Source: a virus
Lineage: Duplodnaviria; Caudoviricetes
IMG/VR virus record: IMGVR_UViG_3300013296_000013
Span: 1 to 64,000 of that record
Direction: 5' to 3' (one strand)
DNA: 64,000 bases
The notes under the pieces are model-generated. The model made no database searches. It was not told where the DNA came from and saw only the letters and a program-made list of their open reading frames with translations. The position numbers and the translations under genes are program-made. Positions 10,563 to 20,500 of this stretch are shown here, piece after piece (position 1 is the stretch's first letter; each line of letters starts with the position of its first letter).

Positions 10563-11305
10563 TGGAAGAAGAACTATATGACACGAACTATGCTATGTTT
10601 GAGTTCGGTCTGCGTGGTGAGACGCAATTACAAGACAACCTAACTTATTCTAATATTCCTCTTAAAACCGTATTTGATGTTGGAGCAAACATCGGTGAAT
10701 GGAAGAGGATGCTAAGGGATAGACAGCCGGATGCTGAAGTTCATATGTTTGAACCTATGCCGAATACATTTCGTAAACAGTTGATTAATAATGGTATTAT
10801 CGATAATAAAACTATTAACAATCCATTTGGTTTAGGAAAAGAACCTGGATTTATTGATGTTGTCTACGATCCAACAAATGACCGCCTTACCAGCGCTGTA
10901 ACCGAATTACCACGCAAGAGCCCAACTTATCGTCCCATCATGCTTCTAGATGGAGACACATACTGTAAGATCCATCAGATCGATCATATCGATTATCTGA
11001 AGATAGATACAGAGGGATGGGAGATGAACGTATTGCGTGGCTTTAATCATATGTTACAAGAACGTAAGATCGAAGCTATCCAATTCGAATTTGGATTTGC
11101 TAATATTCTGACAAAAGATCTACTATTAGATTATTATCGTTTATTTGACCCTCTAGATTATGTGATAGGTCGCGTTACTCAAGAAGGAGTACGTTTTAAA
11201 CGCTATGACTGGGAAGATGAAGACTGGCGAGGGCCAGATTTCTTAGCTGTTAAGAGAGAACGCGAAGATATTATTAGCGCCACGCAGGTCCATCAATCCA
11301 GCTAA
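10562..11305 (+). CDS. FkbM-family SAM-dependent methyltransferase
   Basis: VFDVGANIGEW, FEP, LKIDTEGWEMNVLRG motifs; start overlaps the GT stop codon. Confidence 0.93.
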   Translation: MEEELYDTNYAMFEFGLRGETQLQDNLTYSNIPLKTVFDVGANIGEWKRMLRDRQPDAEVHMFEPMPNTFRKQLINNGIIDNKTINNPFGLGKEPGFIDVVYDPTNDRLTSAVTELPRKSPTYRPIMLLDGDTYCKIHQIDHIDYLKIDTEGWEMNVLRGFNHMLQERKIEAIQFEFGFANILTKDLLLDYYRLFDPLDYVIGRVTQEGVRFKRYDWEDEDWRGPDFLAVKREREDIISATQVHQSS

Positions 11306-11843
11306 CCAACGACATCCTATCTCCAGATGTGATCGGTGTCACTCGATGATAGAAGAACGAAGGGAAAACTAGAACAGATCCACGCGGTTTAAGCTGCTCT
11401 GTTGTCGGAGTTGGAATATTGAAGAACTCAAAATCTCCACCTTCATATTCACTTGGATCTGTAAGCTGTACAACTATAGAGATCTTTCGTTGATACGGAG
11501 CTATACTATCAAAGAATACATCATGATGCCAATCATATTTTCCACCAACAGCACTATGATATTCAGTAAACTGCATCTGATGGATTTGGCGTTCTATATC
11601 GAATCCAAAATTAGTTCTATTAGATTGATTAACAAACTGTAATAGAAAATTACCAATATCTTGATCTTGTCCGTTAGCATCTAACCAACGAACAGTAGAT
11701 CTTCTAATATCATGAGAAGGAGGCCCATTGGCATTATGACCGATGACGGCCTCCTTCGCGTCTCTTTGCATTCCCTTATGAATAATATAATCGCAATATT
11801 CTGATGAAACAGCTCCAGAATATACTTGCCACAGATCTTTCAT
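11274..11843 (-). CDS. 2OG-Fe(II) oxygenase (prolyl-hydroxylase-like)
   Basis: YDWHHD, RKISIVVQL, YEGGDF, FPSFFYHRVTPITSGDRMSLVSW (HxD...H...RxS). Confidence 0.93.
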   Translation of the reverse strand: MKDLWQVYSGAVSSEYCDYIIHKGMQRDAKEAVIGHNANGPPSHDIRRSTVRWLDANGQDQDIGNFLLQFVNQSNRTNFGFDIERQIHQMQFTEYHSAVGGKYDWHHDVFFDSIAPYQRKISIVVQLTDPSEYEGGDFEFFNIPTPTTEQLKPRGSVLVFPSFFYHRVTPITSGDRMSLVSWIDGPAWR

Positions 11844-11856
11844 TACATACTCTTAA

Positions 11857-14070
11857 TTAAATGTTATCGACTCGGTCTTTCAATTCTTTGATTGCTTCAA
11901 TAATGAGAGGGACCAATTTCGTATAATCGAGGACTAGGATGTCCTGATCTTCTGTATATTTATGAACCACTTCTGGAAGCACATCTTGAACTTCTTGAGC
12001 TGACAGACCAACATGAATTCGATCTGGATCGATTCCAAGTTCTTCGCCTCTCTCATTAGCTTTCCAATAGAAGCCGTGAAGAGTCATAAGCTTATCGAGA
12101 GCGCTAGTGATAGGTCCTTGAACATTCTTCAAGTTCATATCTGAGAACGCAGTAACGTCTCCAGATGCTGTCAGAGAACTACAACTAATAGCTCCAGCTG
12201 ATATAGAAGATCCAGGAGAGAATGATCCGGTAGGTCCTGTAGGTCCTAGTGGCCCTGTTGGACCTTGTGGTCCGGTGGGTCCTAGTGGCCCTGTTGGACC
12301 TTGTGGTCCTGTAGGGCCAAGAGCGCCCTGAGAACCAGTGTATCCGATAATACCTTGAATACCCTGTGGTCCAGTAGGTCCAGTAGGCCCAAGAGCGCCA
12401 GTAGATCCAGTGAAACCGACACCTTGAGAACCTGTGTATCCAGTCTGACCCTGAATACCCTGTGGTCCTGTTGGACCAAGCCCTCCGATAGATCCAGTGA
12501 AGCCAATACCACCTATCGATCCATTATATCCTGTCGGTCCTTGAATACCCTGTGGACCCTGTGGTCCTAATCCGCCTATCGATCCATTAAATCCTGTTGG
12601 GCCTATAGCGCCTTGAGAACCGGTGTAACCAATCGGACCTAGTCCTCCGATAGAACCAACAAAACCTGTAGCTCCGATAGAACCATTGTATCCAGCACCT
12701 GTTGGGCCTATAGCTCCGATAGAACCATTGTATCCAGTTGGACCAATCGGTCCAATCTGCCATGATCCATCTCCACGCAAAAATGTAGTGGTATTAGCCG
12801 ATCCAGTTGCTAATCTAGCTGTACTAAGAACACCACTAACGATAGTATTTGCATCCATCGATCCTGTAATGTTTCCGGTTACTGATAGATTTCCACCAAC
12901 TGAAGTATTACCTGTAGCTGTTAGAATAGTAGTATTAACTGTTGTTGAGTTGACCGTAGTCGCTCCAACTTTAACAGTGGTTACATTAGCTGTAACATTA
13001 GCACCGATCTGTAGAAGATTAGATACGTTAACATTAGCTGCTGCAACATTACCAAATGTTGATGCTCCACCCACTACTAGAGTGTTAGCGATGTTGGAAT
13101 CTAGACTCCAAACTGTCCAACGCTTTGTTGCTGAACCAAGACTGAATGAATTACTATTTGGAATAAAATCGCCAGCAGCTGAACCACTCGTAACAAGATT
13201 TCCAGTTACCTGAAGATCGCCACCAACTTTTAAAAGACCAGCAACATTAGCTGAACCAAAGTTAACCGCATTAGCAGTTAAACTATCTCCAGTTAAATTA
13301 ACGGTATTAGAACCATTAGTTATGGATATCGATGTGTTGTTTGTGGTTACATTACCAACAGATATTTTAGTTGCAACTACATTGGAAGTAGTTACAGAAG
13401 TAGAATTAATAGTAGTATTACCTACGATAATATCACTATTAGAAACGAATCCATTTGAACTTAGAGATCCACTAAACGCTCCTAATCCAGAAGCAGTTAT
13501 GTTGCCACTAACTGATAGATTTGCACTAAGAGTTGAATTTCCAGAAGCAACTATAGTTCCAGTCGTAATTCCTGTAGCAGTTAAAGCCGAATTAACTGTA
13601 GTGTTTCCAACTGTTAATTGAGCTCCAGTTAAAACTACGTTTCCAGCTTTAAAAGACGTGGTATTAGCTGATACGTTAGAACCAACTTGTAGTTGGCCAG
13701 AATTGATCGTAGTATTTCCAACAGTAATCTGTGAAGTGTTAACACTCACATTAGAACCAACAGATATATTAGTGGTGTTAACGTTAACACCACTAGATGC
13801 ATCTTGAAGAATTACTGATGATTGGGTGAATTGAAGGTTACTAAGTCCAGTTCCAATCGTAAGATTAGCACCAACAAAAACAACATTTAAAGTTGTGATC
13901 GCACCAATGGCTACATTACCGCTAACATTTGCTGTTCCAGCGATAGATAAATTTGCATCTGGATTAGATGTGTTAATTCCAACCTTACCTGATCCACGCT
14001 TAGCGTAGATGAGATTAGTGTCGGCTATAATTCCGTTTTTTGCTACGAATTCAGTGTTAGTTGATGCCAT
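11857..14070 (-). CDS. Collagen-like tail fibre with C-terminal intramolecular chaperone (peptidase S74)
   Basis: Asn/Thr/Ser beta-repeat N-half, Gly-X-Y run (GPT/GPQ/GYTGS), C-terminal FSDMNLK...[15 protein letters not shown]...[17 protein letters not shown]. Confidence 0.9.
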   Translation of the reverse strand: MASTNTEFVAKNGIIADTNLIYAKRGSGKVGINTSNPDANLSIAGTANVSGNVAIGAITTLNVVFVGANLTIGTGLSNLQFTQSSVILQDASSGVNVNTTNISVGSNVSVNTSQITVGNTTINSGQLQVGSNVSANTTSFKAGNVVLTGAQLTVGNTTVNSALTATGITTGTIVASGNSTLSANLSVSGNITASGLGAFSGSLSSNGFVSNSDIIVGNTTINSTSVTTSNVVATKISVGNVTTNNTSISITNGSNTVNLTGDSLTANAVNFGSANVAGLLKVGGDLQVTGNLVTSGSAAGDFIPNSNSFSLGSATKRWTVWSLDSNIANTLVVGGASTFGNVAAANVNVSNLLQIGANVTANVTTVKVGATTVNSTTVNTTILTATGNTSVGGNLSVTGNITGSMDANTIVSGVLSTARLATGSANTTTFLRGDGSWQIGPIGPTGYNGSIGAIGPTGAGYNGSIGATGFVGSIGGLGPIGYTGSQGAIGPTGFNGSIGGLGPQGPQGIQGPTGYNGSIGGIGFTGSIGGLGPTGPQGIQGQTGYTGSQGVGFTGSTGALGPTGPTGPQGIQGIIGYTGSQGALGPTGPQGPTGPLGPTGPQGPTGPLGPTGPTGSFSPGSSISAGAISCSSLTASGDVTAFSDMNLKNVQGPITSALDKLMTLHGFYWKANERGEELGIDPDRIHVGLSAQEVQDVLPEVVHKYTEDQDILVLDYTKLVPLIIEAIKELKDRVDNI

Positions 14071-14099
14071 CGGTTCCCTGTCCCCTGGTGTTTATTTTG

Positions 14100-14723
14100 T
14101 TATGTTGATACTAAGGTTTTAGAAATATTCACCTGCACTGGAGCAACCAATGGAGTCATTAGAAGTCTTACATTACCAGAATTGATATCACTTCTAATTG
14201 TAGCCAACGCGTTGTTCGAATTTATCGTAGCATATTCAGTAGTATAAGTGTTTGTTCCATCTGAAAGAACTAAAACTTCAGTACATTGGTAATTACTTCC
14301 TACTGAATCTGTAACACTAATAACATACTTTGCTGATCGATAAGCTGAAGCTGCAAATGAATCAGCTACCTGATCAGCCGTAGTTGCTGCAAAAACTACT
14401 CTAACTCCATGAGTTAGAACGATAGAATTTGCGCCAAGATTTATACCATTATCTACTCTAACAGTAGTTCCAGTAATAGCAGTATTTGTTACAATAGCTA
14501 AATTACCAGACGCTATAGTATTGCCTCCAGAGATGGAAGAAGCTACTATAGTGTTGGCTCCGAAAGAGCCAATAACAAAGCCCTTACCAGTAGTAGTCGC
14601 ACCATTAGAGCTGTTATTAGCAGTAACGACTTCAGTATTGCATAGGTCGATTATGCCGTTAATCTTTACTATCTGTGAATAGAAAGTATCGGCATTAACA
14701 TCAACGATTGGCAATGACTTCAT
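14100..14723 (-). CDS. Virion structural protein (fibre-associated)
   Basis: DSF...YRSAKYVISV...TEVLV...TEYA motif common in T4-like fibre proteins; lies in the late operon. Confidence 0.65.
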   Translation of the reverse strand: MKSLPIVDVNADTFYSQIVKINGIIDLCNTEVVTANNSSNGATTTGKGFVIGSFGANTIVASSISGGNTIASGNLAIVTNTAITGTTVRVDNGINLGANSIVLTHGVRVVFAATTADQVADSFAASAYRSAKYVISVTDSVGSNYQCTEVLVLSDGTNTYTTEYATINSNNALATIRSDINSGNVRLLMTPLVAPVQVNISKTLVST

Positions 14724-14913
14724 TTAGTATAGTCTCCAATCTTGAGATTCGTTGTTCTAGATAAAGAATACGACTCTGAAGTTCTTGTTTATCTTTTGCG
14801 GCAGCTATCTGAGCTTTATATGCTTGATAACTATTGTTATCAGTATTTAGTACTGCTCCGGTCGCCATATCAATAACGAATCCGGCTGCGTTAGTTTTTT
14901 GAAGATTTGACAT
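14701..14913 (-). CDS. Small conserved coiled-coil protein of T4-like baseplate/fibre operons
   Basis: D..TGAVLNTD...Y..Y followed by a heptad C-terminus; coupled to both neighbours. Confidence 0.7.
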   Translation of the reverse strand: MSNLQKTNAAGFVIDMATGAVLNTDNNSYQAYKAQIAAAKDKQELQSRILYLEQRISRLETILNEVIANR

Positions 14914-17498
14914 TACACGGTCGTCGCTACAGCTTCTATCGATTCAATCTGTGGAACTACTGAAGTGTTAGATAGTAAAACAGTCTTAATCTGTACTACA
15001 TTATATGCATCAAATTTAGCCATCGATGAATTATAATAACGGACAACGTTTTCATTTAGTATATTGCTGAATGCTTGGAACGGCATTCCTATTTCATTAT
15101 TGGCACCAGCTGCTGGACGACCAACTAGATCAATTTTTAAACCAGATCCTACGATACTACTATTAGATACAGCATCAGAAATAGTGATGTTATTTGCTGA
15201 ACTAACGGCAACAACTGTAGACACCATCCAATTCTGTGGAAACAGTGGAGGATAGATCTTAATTACGTCATTAACATTAATATCAGTGTTCCAAGATGTT
15301 CCGATGCCAACTATAGTATTAGAGTTAAGAGTAGTTGTTGCTGAACCAGTGATAGTATTTACGGTCTTAACATTTTTACCACCAAGAGCGTAGATATACT
15401 CTACTAAGTCATTAGTGTTAGTGATAGAGCTATAGGTATTAGCGTTATTACTAGTTAATGTTAATTCGGTCCAGTCTTTATCTTCAAACGCATCACTATC
15501 CGATGTATTATAAAACTTAGCATAGATCTTAACGTTAGTATTGATAGGACGATAAGCCTGAACATACACGATTAGATCTTCAGCAAACTGTCCGGTATTA
15601 AGAGTGATCTTATTACTCAACTGTCGGCATAAAGCTTTACCATAATTCTTGTTTTCGCCTGTAGCATCATTATTGATGATATAGTGATAGTTATAAACGT
15701 CATCACTGGTTACAAGAGGTATAGTATAAGCGTTGTTAGATGTTATGCTTACTTCAAGAATAGATGAAGATTTAACAGAAGTGTTAACAATATTTCCATT
15801 AGCAACTTGAATAACAGCATTAGTTTGCATAACTTCATAAGAACGTGATGCTATAACGTATAAACGCCCATCATTATTTTGAAGATCAGCCATAGTTTGT
15901 GGAGTATAAGCATCAACCGTCTTTACCATAGCAGGTAAAGAAGTTTTTAAGATATGTTCATATCCAGGATTAACGTAATATGGATAGTGCTGGCGAAGAC
16001 TATAAGTTGTATTCTGATTGGTTCCGATCTCACAGTGTGGATAGCATAGGTGAACAGGGATATTAGTCGTTACTGTATTCCCGAAAGTAGATCCAGAACG
16101 TTCACAACGAATCATAGAGCCGATCTCCGGAACTATGTTAGCAGAAGTTCCAGCCGAAGTGGTAATACTTACTGCTGTTTGTGCTGTTAACCCATATCCA
16201 GCATTAATATATGTTAATCCTGTGATAGTACCACTACCGTTAGTTACGACCTTAGCTACAGCATTTGCATAAGATGGAATAAACGCTATGTTATTAGCAT
16301 CAGCAGTATTAGCGTTAGTTACTGGATAAACTGTAACCGTATCATTATTGCTATAGCCAGTTCCCCCAGAATTGATCGTTAACTGGAGAAGATAATTGTT
16401 ACTAAATCTTACCGTAGAGTTGGCATTGGTGTCAGTGATTCTAATGATATCAACTTTATGTCCTACATAAGTGTTCCATGTGTTACCATTCCACCAACGT
16501 CCATCGTACCAGTGGATATCATTATATGTTATACGTCCAGCTGCGGTAACTGAGAACGTTGCTGTATTATTAGTAAAATCAGGAAAACGATCTAAAACAA
16601 TTTCAGTATTTGATACAACTTGGATCACTTCTCGAATATTAACATTCGAGTTAGTGGTACCACCATTTCTTAATACGATATAACTTTTTTGTGGTGTAGA
16701 TGGCGTAGCATTAACAGTACTGCTTACCGAGCTATTCGATGCTATCAGAAGATTAGTAAAGTTAACAGTATTTCCTACTACTTTAACGTGCGTGCACGCA
16801 GCACTTACGTTAATAGATCCATACAGAACTGGTGTCTCTAGAAATACTAGTTCTCCCATAGATGCACTAGAACGGCCTGTCGTTCTATAATGGTATCTAT
16901 CGTATAGAACTAGATCTTGTGGATCCGATGGGAGGACATATGTTTCATATATCGAATCGGCCGAACTATTAGCTGAAAATAAGCCAATATTGACCGTAAA
17001 TTTAATATCTTGATTGCTAAGTGCTGCAGCAACACCAGATGAATTGATAGTGTAATACGAACCAATATTTTTAGCTGTTGAACCACCGGTCTTTTGGTTA
17101 GTTCCAACTATTAGATCGCCTTCTTTACACGTCCAAAGTGTAAAAGCTTCGTTTCCATCGAAAGAAAATGCTAAAGCATAATTCTTTCCGCTGCTTAATA
17201 CCACTGGCCTAGAAAAGGTGAACGTACTTTTTCCAGTTGCATCAGAACTAACAATGATATCGTTATATTCTAGACGAGCGATAGCTAACATTACTGGATT
17301 TGAAGCATCTGGTACAGCATCTCCAATAGTATTTAAGATATAAAGGTTTGCACCAGGATTTGTAATTCCTGATGCATTACCAGTAGCTCTTGGTTTAGTT
17401 TGGAAGAAGACATCAACACTCGTGATAGTAACACTATCAGAATTTTTGACAGCAGTTCTGTCAACATAAAATGTCTGTGCAACTGATACAGTTACCAT
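14913..17498 (-). CDS. Virion structural protein (C-terminal half of VrlC/DUF4815-like protein)
   Basis: VAQTFYV...ITSVDVFFQTKP, QDIKFT, AEDLIVY..AYRP motifs; late promoter upstream. Confidence 0.75.
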   Translation of the reverse strand: MVTVSVAQTFYVDRTAVKNSDSVTITSVDVFFQTKPRATGNASGITNPGANLYILNTIGDAVPDASNPVMLAIARLEYNDIIVSSDATGKSTFTFSRPVVLSSGKNYALAFSFDGNEAFTLWTCKEGDLIVGTNQKTGGSTAKNIGSYYTINSSGVAAALSNQDIKFTVNIGLFSANSSADSIYETYVLPSDPQDLVLYDRYHYRTTGRSSASMGELVFLETPVLYGSINVSAACTHVKVVGNTVNFTNLLIASNSSVSSTVNATPSTPQKSYIVLRNGGTTNSNVNIREVIQVVSNTEIVLDRFPDFTNNTATFSVTAAGRITYNDIHWYDGRWWNGNTWNTYVGHKVDIIRITDTNANSTVRFSNNYLLQLTINSGGTGYSNNDTVTVYPVTNANTADANNIAFIPSYANAVAKVVTNGSGTITGLTYINAGYGLTAQTAVSITTSAGTSANIVPEIGSMIRCERSGSTFGNTVTTNIPVHLCYPHCEIGTNQNTTYSLRQHYPYYVNPGYEHILKTSLPAMVKTVDAYTPQTMADLQNNDGRLYVIASRSYEVMQTNAVIQVANGNIVNTSVKSSSILEVSITSNNAYTIPLVTSDDVYNYHYIINNDATGENKNYGKALCRQLSNKITLNTGQFAEDLIVYVQAYRPINTNVKIYAKFYNTSDSDAFEDKDWTELTLTSNNANTYSSITNTNDLVEYIYALGGKNVKTVNTITGSATTTLNSNTIVGIGTSWNTDINVNDVIKIYPPLFPQNWMVSTVVAVSSANNITISDAVSNSSIVGSGLKIDLVGRPAAGANNEIGMPFQAFSNILNENVVRYYNSSMAKFDAYNVVQIKTVLLSNTSVVPQIESIEAVATTV

Positions 17499-17526
17499 GG
17501 TTCTACCTTATTAGTGTTTTAGGTAT

Positions 17527-20500
17527 TTAGTATATGCTGTAACCGTTAAAAGTGCTCCAATTTCCACCCATATACGCTTTAATAATTTGTCTTGAAGCGG
17601 TTAGATGGATAGTGAAATCTGCGATCGAATGCTTATCTGACGATTCTACATGAACATTTAGATATTCAAATAGACTGCTGTTTGCATAGATGTAATTTTG
17701 AATAAATCTATTGATCGTCGAGATGCCATATGCATCTAAACTAAGAGTGAAGTTAGCTTTACCAGTCGAATCACTCATGATCTTATTAGTTCCAGCAGCC
17801 TGTGAACCACCGAAAACAGCTGAAATATAATATTCGTCATCATCGCGAGCAGCGATAGTCACTGTATGAAGCGTATTTGGCTTTAAGCCAACAAGTGATA
17901 CATTCTGAACAACATTAGTAATATTATAATTGAGAAACTGGGTGTCTAAACCTATGCCTTGAGCACTAAATGTGCCGGGTGTCACATAACACGCAGCACT
18001 ATACTGTGTGGTATCAACCGGTGGTTTTGGTGCAGGTGGTGTAGGTGGAGACGGAGCTGGAGCTGGTGGTTTAACAACAGGTGGAGCTGGTGACGGAGCT
18101 GGAGCTGGCACTGGCGATGGCGCTGGTGAAGGCGCCGGCGCTGGTGACGGTGGAGCAGGCGGAGGCGGCGGTGGAGCTGGATTTGATGCTAGATCTTGAG
18201 TCACCAGTGCCTGCTGACTAGCAAACGATCCAATTAAGAAACCTTTACCATGAGTAACAAGTGTCGACTCGGCGAATGGAAGAACTCGACTGTTTAAGAT
18301 CGATGCTTGATATTCAGGATTAGCAGTATCCGAATTATTGCTATTGGTGAAATCGTCAGCAAAAAAGCCAAACTTGAATCGGTTGATCGTTGGATCAACA
18401 GTAGAAGGAATGACCTTATCTTTAAGATCGTTTTCGACTAAGGTTAAAGCTACTGTTGCCTCAAGATTAGATAGACGTCGGTCTAGTTGGCCGATGTCTG
18501 TCATAGTATAAGCTCTAGGCTGAGATATATCAATATCAGCTGGAGTTGTTTCACTAGAAACAGTTTTATCAACAATACGGCGAACTAGATTTAGCTCAGA
18601 AGACATCTTCTTATCAAGAATAGATCTCGTATTATTAGAGAAGTGCTCTGGAAGACATGGATATGATGGGATGTCTAGTTTACTTAGAACAATGCTGTTG
18701 TTCGGAATCTTTGGATCTGGATAAGGCATCGTTTCTGATGGCGTACCACGAACAACACTGATCTTATTATCGGTGTTGACTACAACGATATCTTTACGTC
18801 CTAAGAAATAAGAACGATCAAAAGTAACTCCAGACTGTGGAAGAGGAAATTTCTTATTATTTCCACTGAAAGTTATACCTTCAGCTGGATTGACTGTAGC
18901 AGATGCCACACTTGTAGACAGTGTGGCGGTATTAGCGACTACCGGTCTAAAATCGATGTAATTAGCAAGATCAAAATATTTACCACTAGAAGTATTGAGT
19001 TCAGGGATCTCAAAACTATTAACTTTGCTACCTAGAGCGCTAAGAGTTAAACTATCATCTGCAAAGCGTTGAACATTATTACTCGATACGTATGAGTTGA
19101 TAGTGTATATTCCAGAACCAGATGTGAATGCATCGAATTCAACTAGAAGCCATGTTCCAGCTGGAACATTAATGTTAGCATCAGGACGCTTAATTAGATA
19201 GCTCAAACCAACATAATCTGGTGTTTGATTATTATCGATGAAGAACTGTTCTGTAACATCAGTAGATGACACATTAACAGTCGAGCTATTAGCAAGAAAC
19301 ACGTTCTTTAATCTGAACACGTCAGGAACACCTAAACACCAAGGCCCGTTTAGTAGAGCTGGATTGTTGTTTAGATCTAGTTTGACAAATAAGTTACGAT
19401 TAGCAACTTTAGTTACTGGAGACGCATCTACAACTCTAACATCATAACCTATTGATAGATTAACAGAAGTTGAGTTCTGAAGAAGTCCAATGTTTATATT
19501 GAGACTCTTTCCTCCTGACGTCAGAACTGCAGAACCACCGAGTTTATCGATGTTGATAGGTGTATTTTTTGGAAACACTTTAGTGAAATTAGCACTAGAT
19601 AATGTGAATCCAAGAGTACTATCTAAATTCAACTGGGATGAAGTCTTGCCTGTGACTCTACGTATCACATAGTTTGTAGCGTCAGAGAACACGGCGACAA
19701 AATCACCGATATCATATTTGTTAATAGTTGAAGTAATAGATAGAGTTATATTATTAGATCCAGTTACGGCTGCAGCAGTTCCGTTAGCTGAAGCATTAAC
19801 CTGAAGAAGAACATTATTGCTGGTTGGAACAACAACTAAACTATCGAGTTCATTCGAAGTGAGTGTTGATGATTCGTAAGCAAAATATTCAGATGGATCA
19901 GTTAGCAGAACACTAGAAGCGCCTCCGGTAGATAATGTAGGAGTTTCATCAACCATACGATATGTGTAGTTAATGTTATCTAGATTATTAGTAGCATCAG
20001 ATCCTGTATCTAGAAGCAATGACGTTCCAGATTTGATATCTTGTAGCTTAGAAATGCTAGTATTGGTTGTAGCATCAAAAGTTAAAACTACATCACAAAT
20101 TCCGTCATTAGAGCTATCAAAATATAGTGAACGAACTTGGCTAAAATTCATTCCATTATTCATTTGAATGTTAAACAGATACACGCGATATGTTGCTGAT
20201 GGAGTTCCAACAACACCATTATCGTATACCACATTACGAACTTGAGCTGTTCCGATTTGAGTTCCAATCGGTGCTATAGTTCCAGCCGAAATAAGAGCCG
20301 TGTTTGACATGTATCCGCGAGGAGTATCATACAACTGCACAACACCTCCGATATCAAAATCGAAATTTCCAGTGAATTCCTGAACTACTACGTAATTACC
20401 ATAGTCAATAGTTGTATTAAGACCAGTAGCGGTACGACTGTCTACACCCTTATCAACGTTTACAACGTAATTAGACGTAGTCTGAATACGATATCCATTA

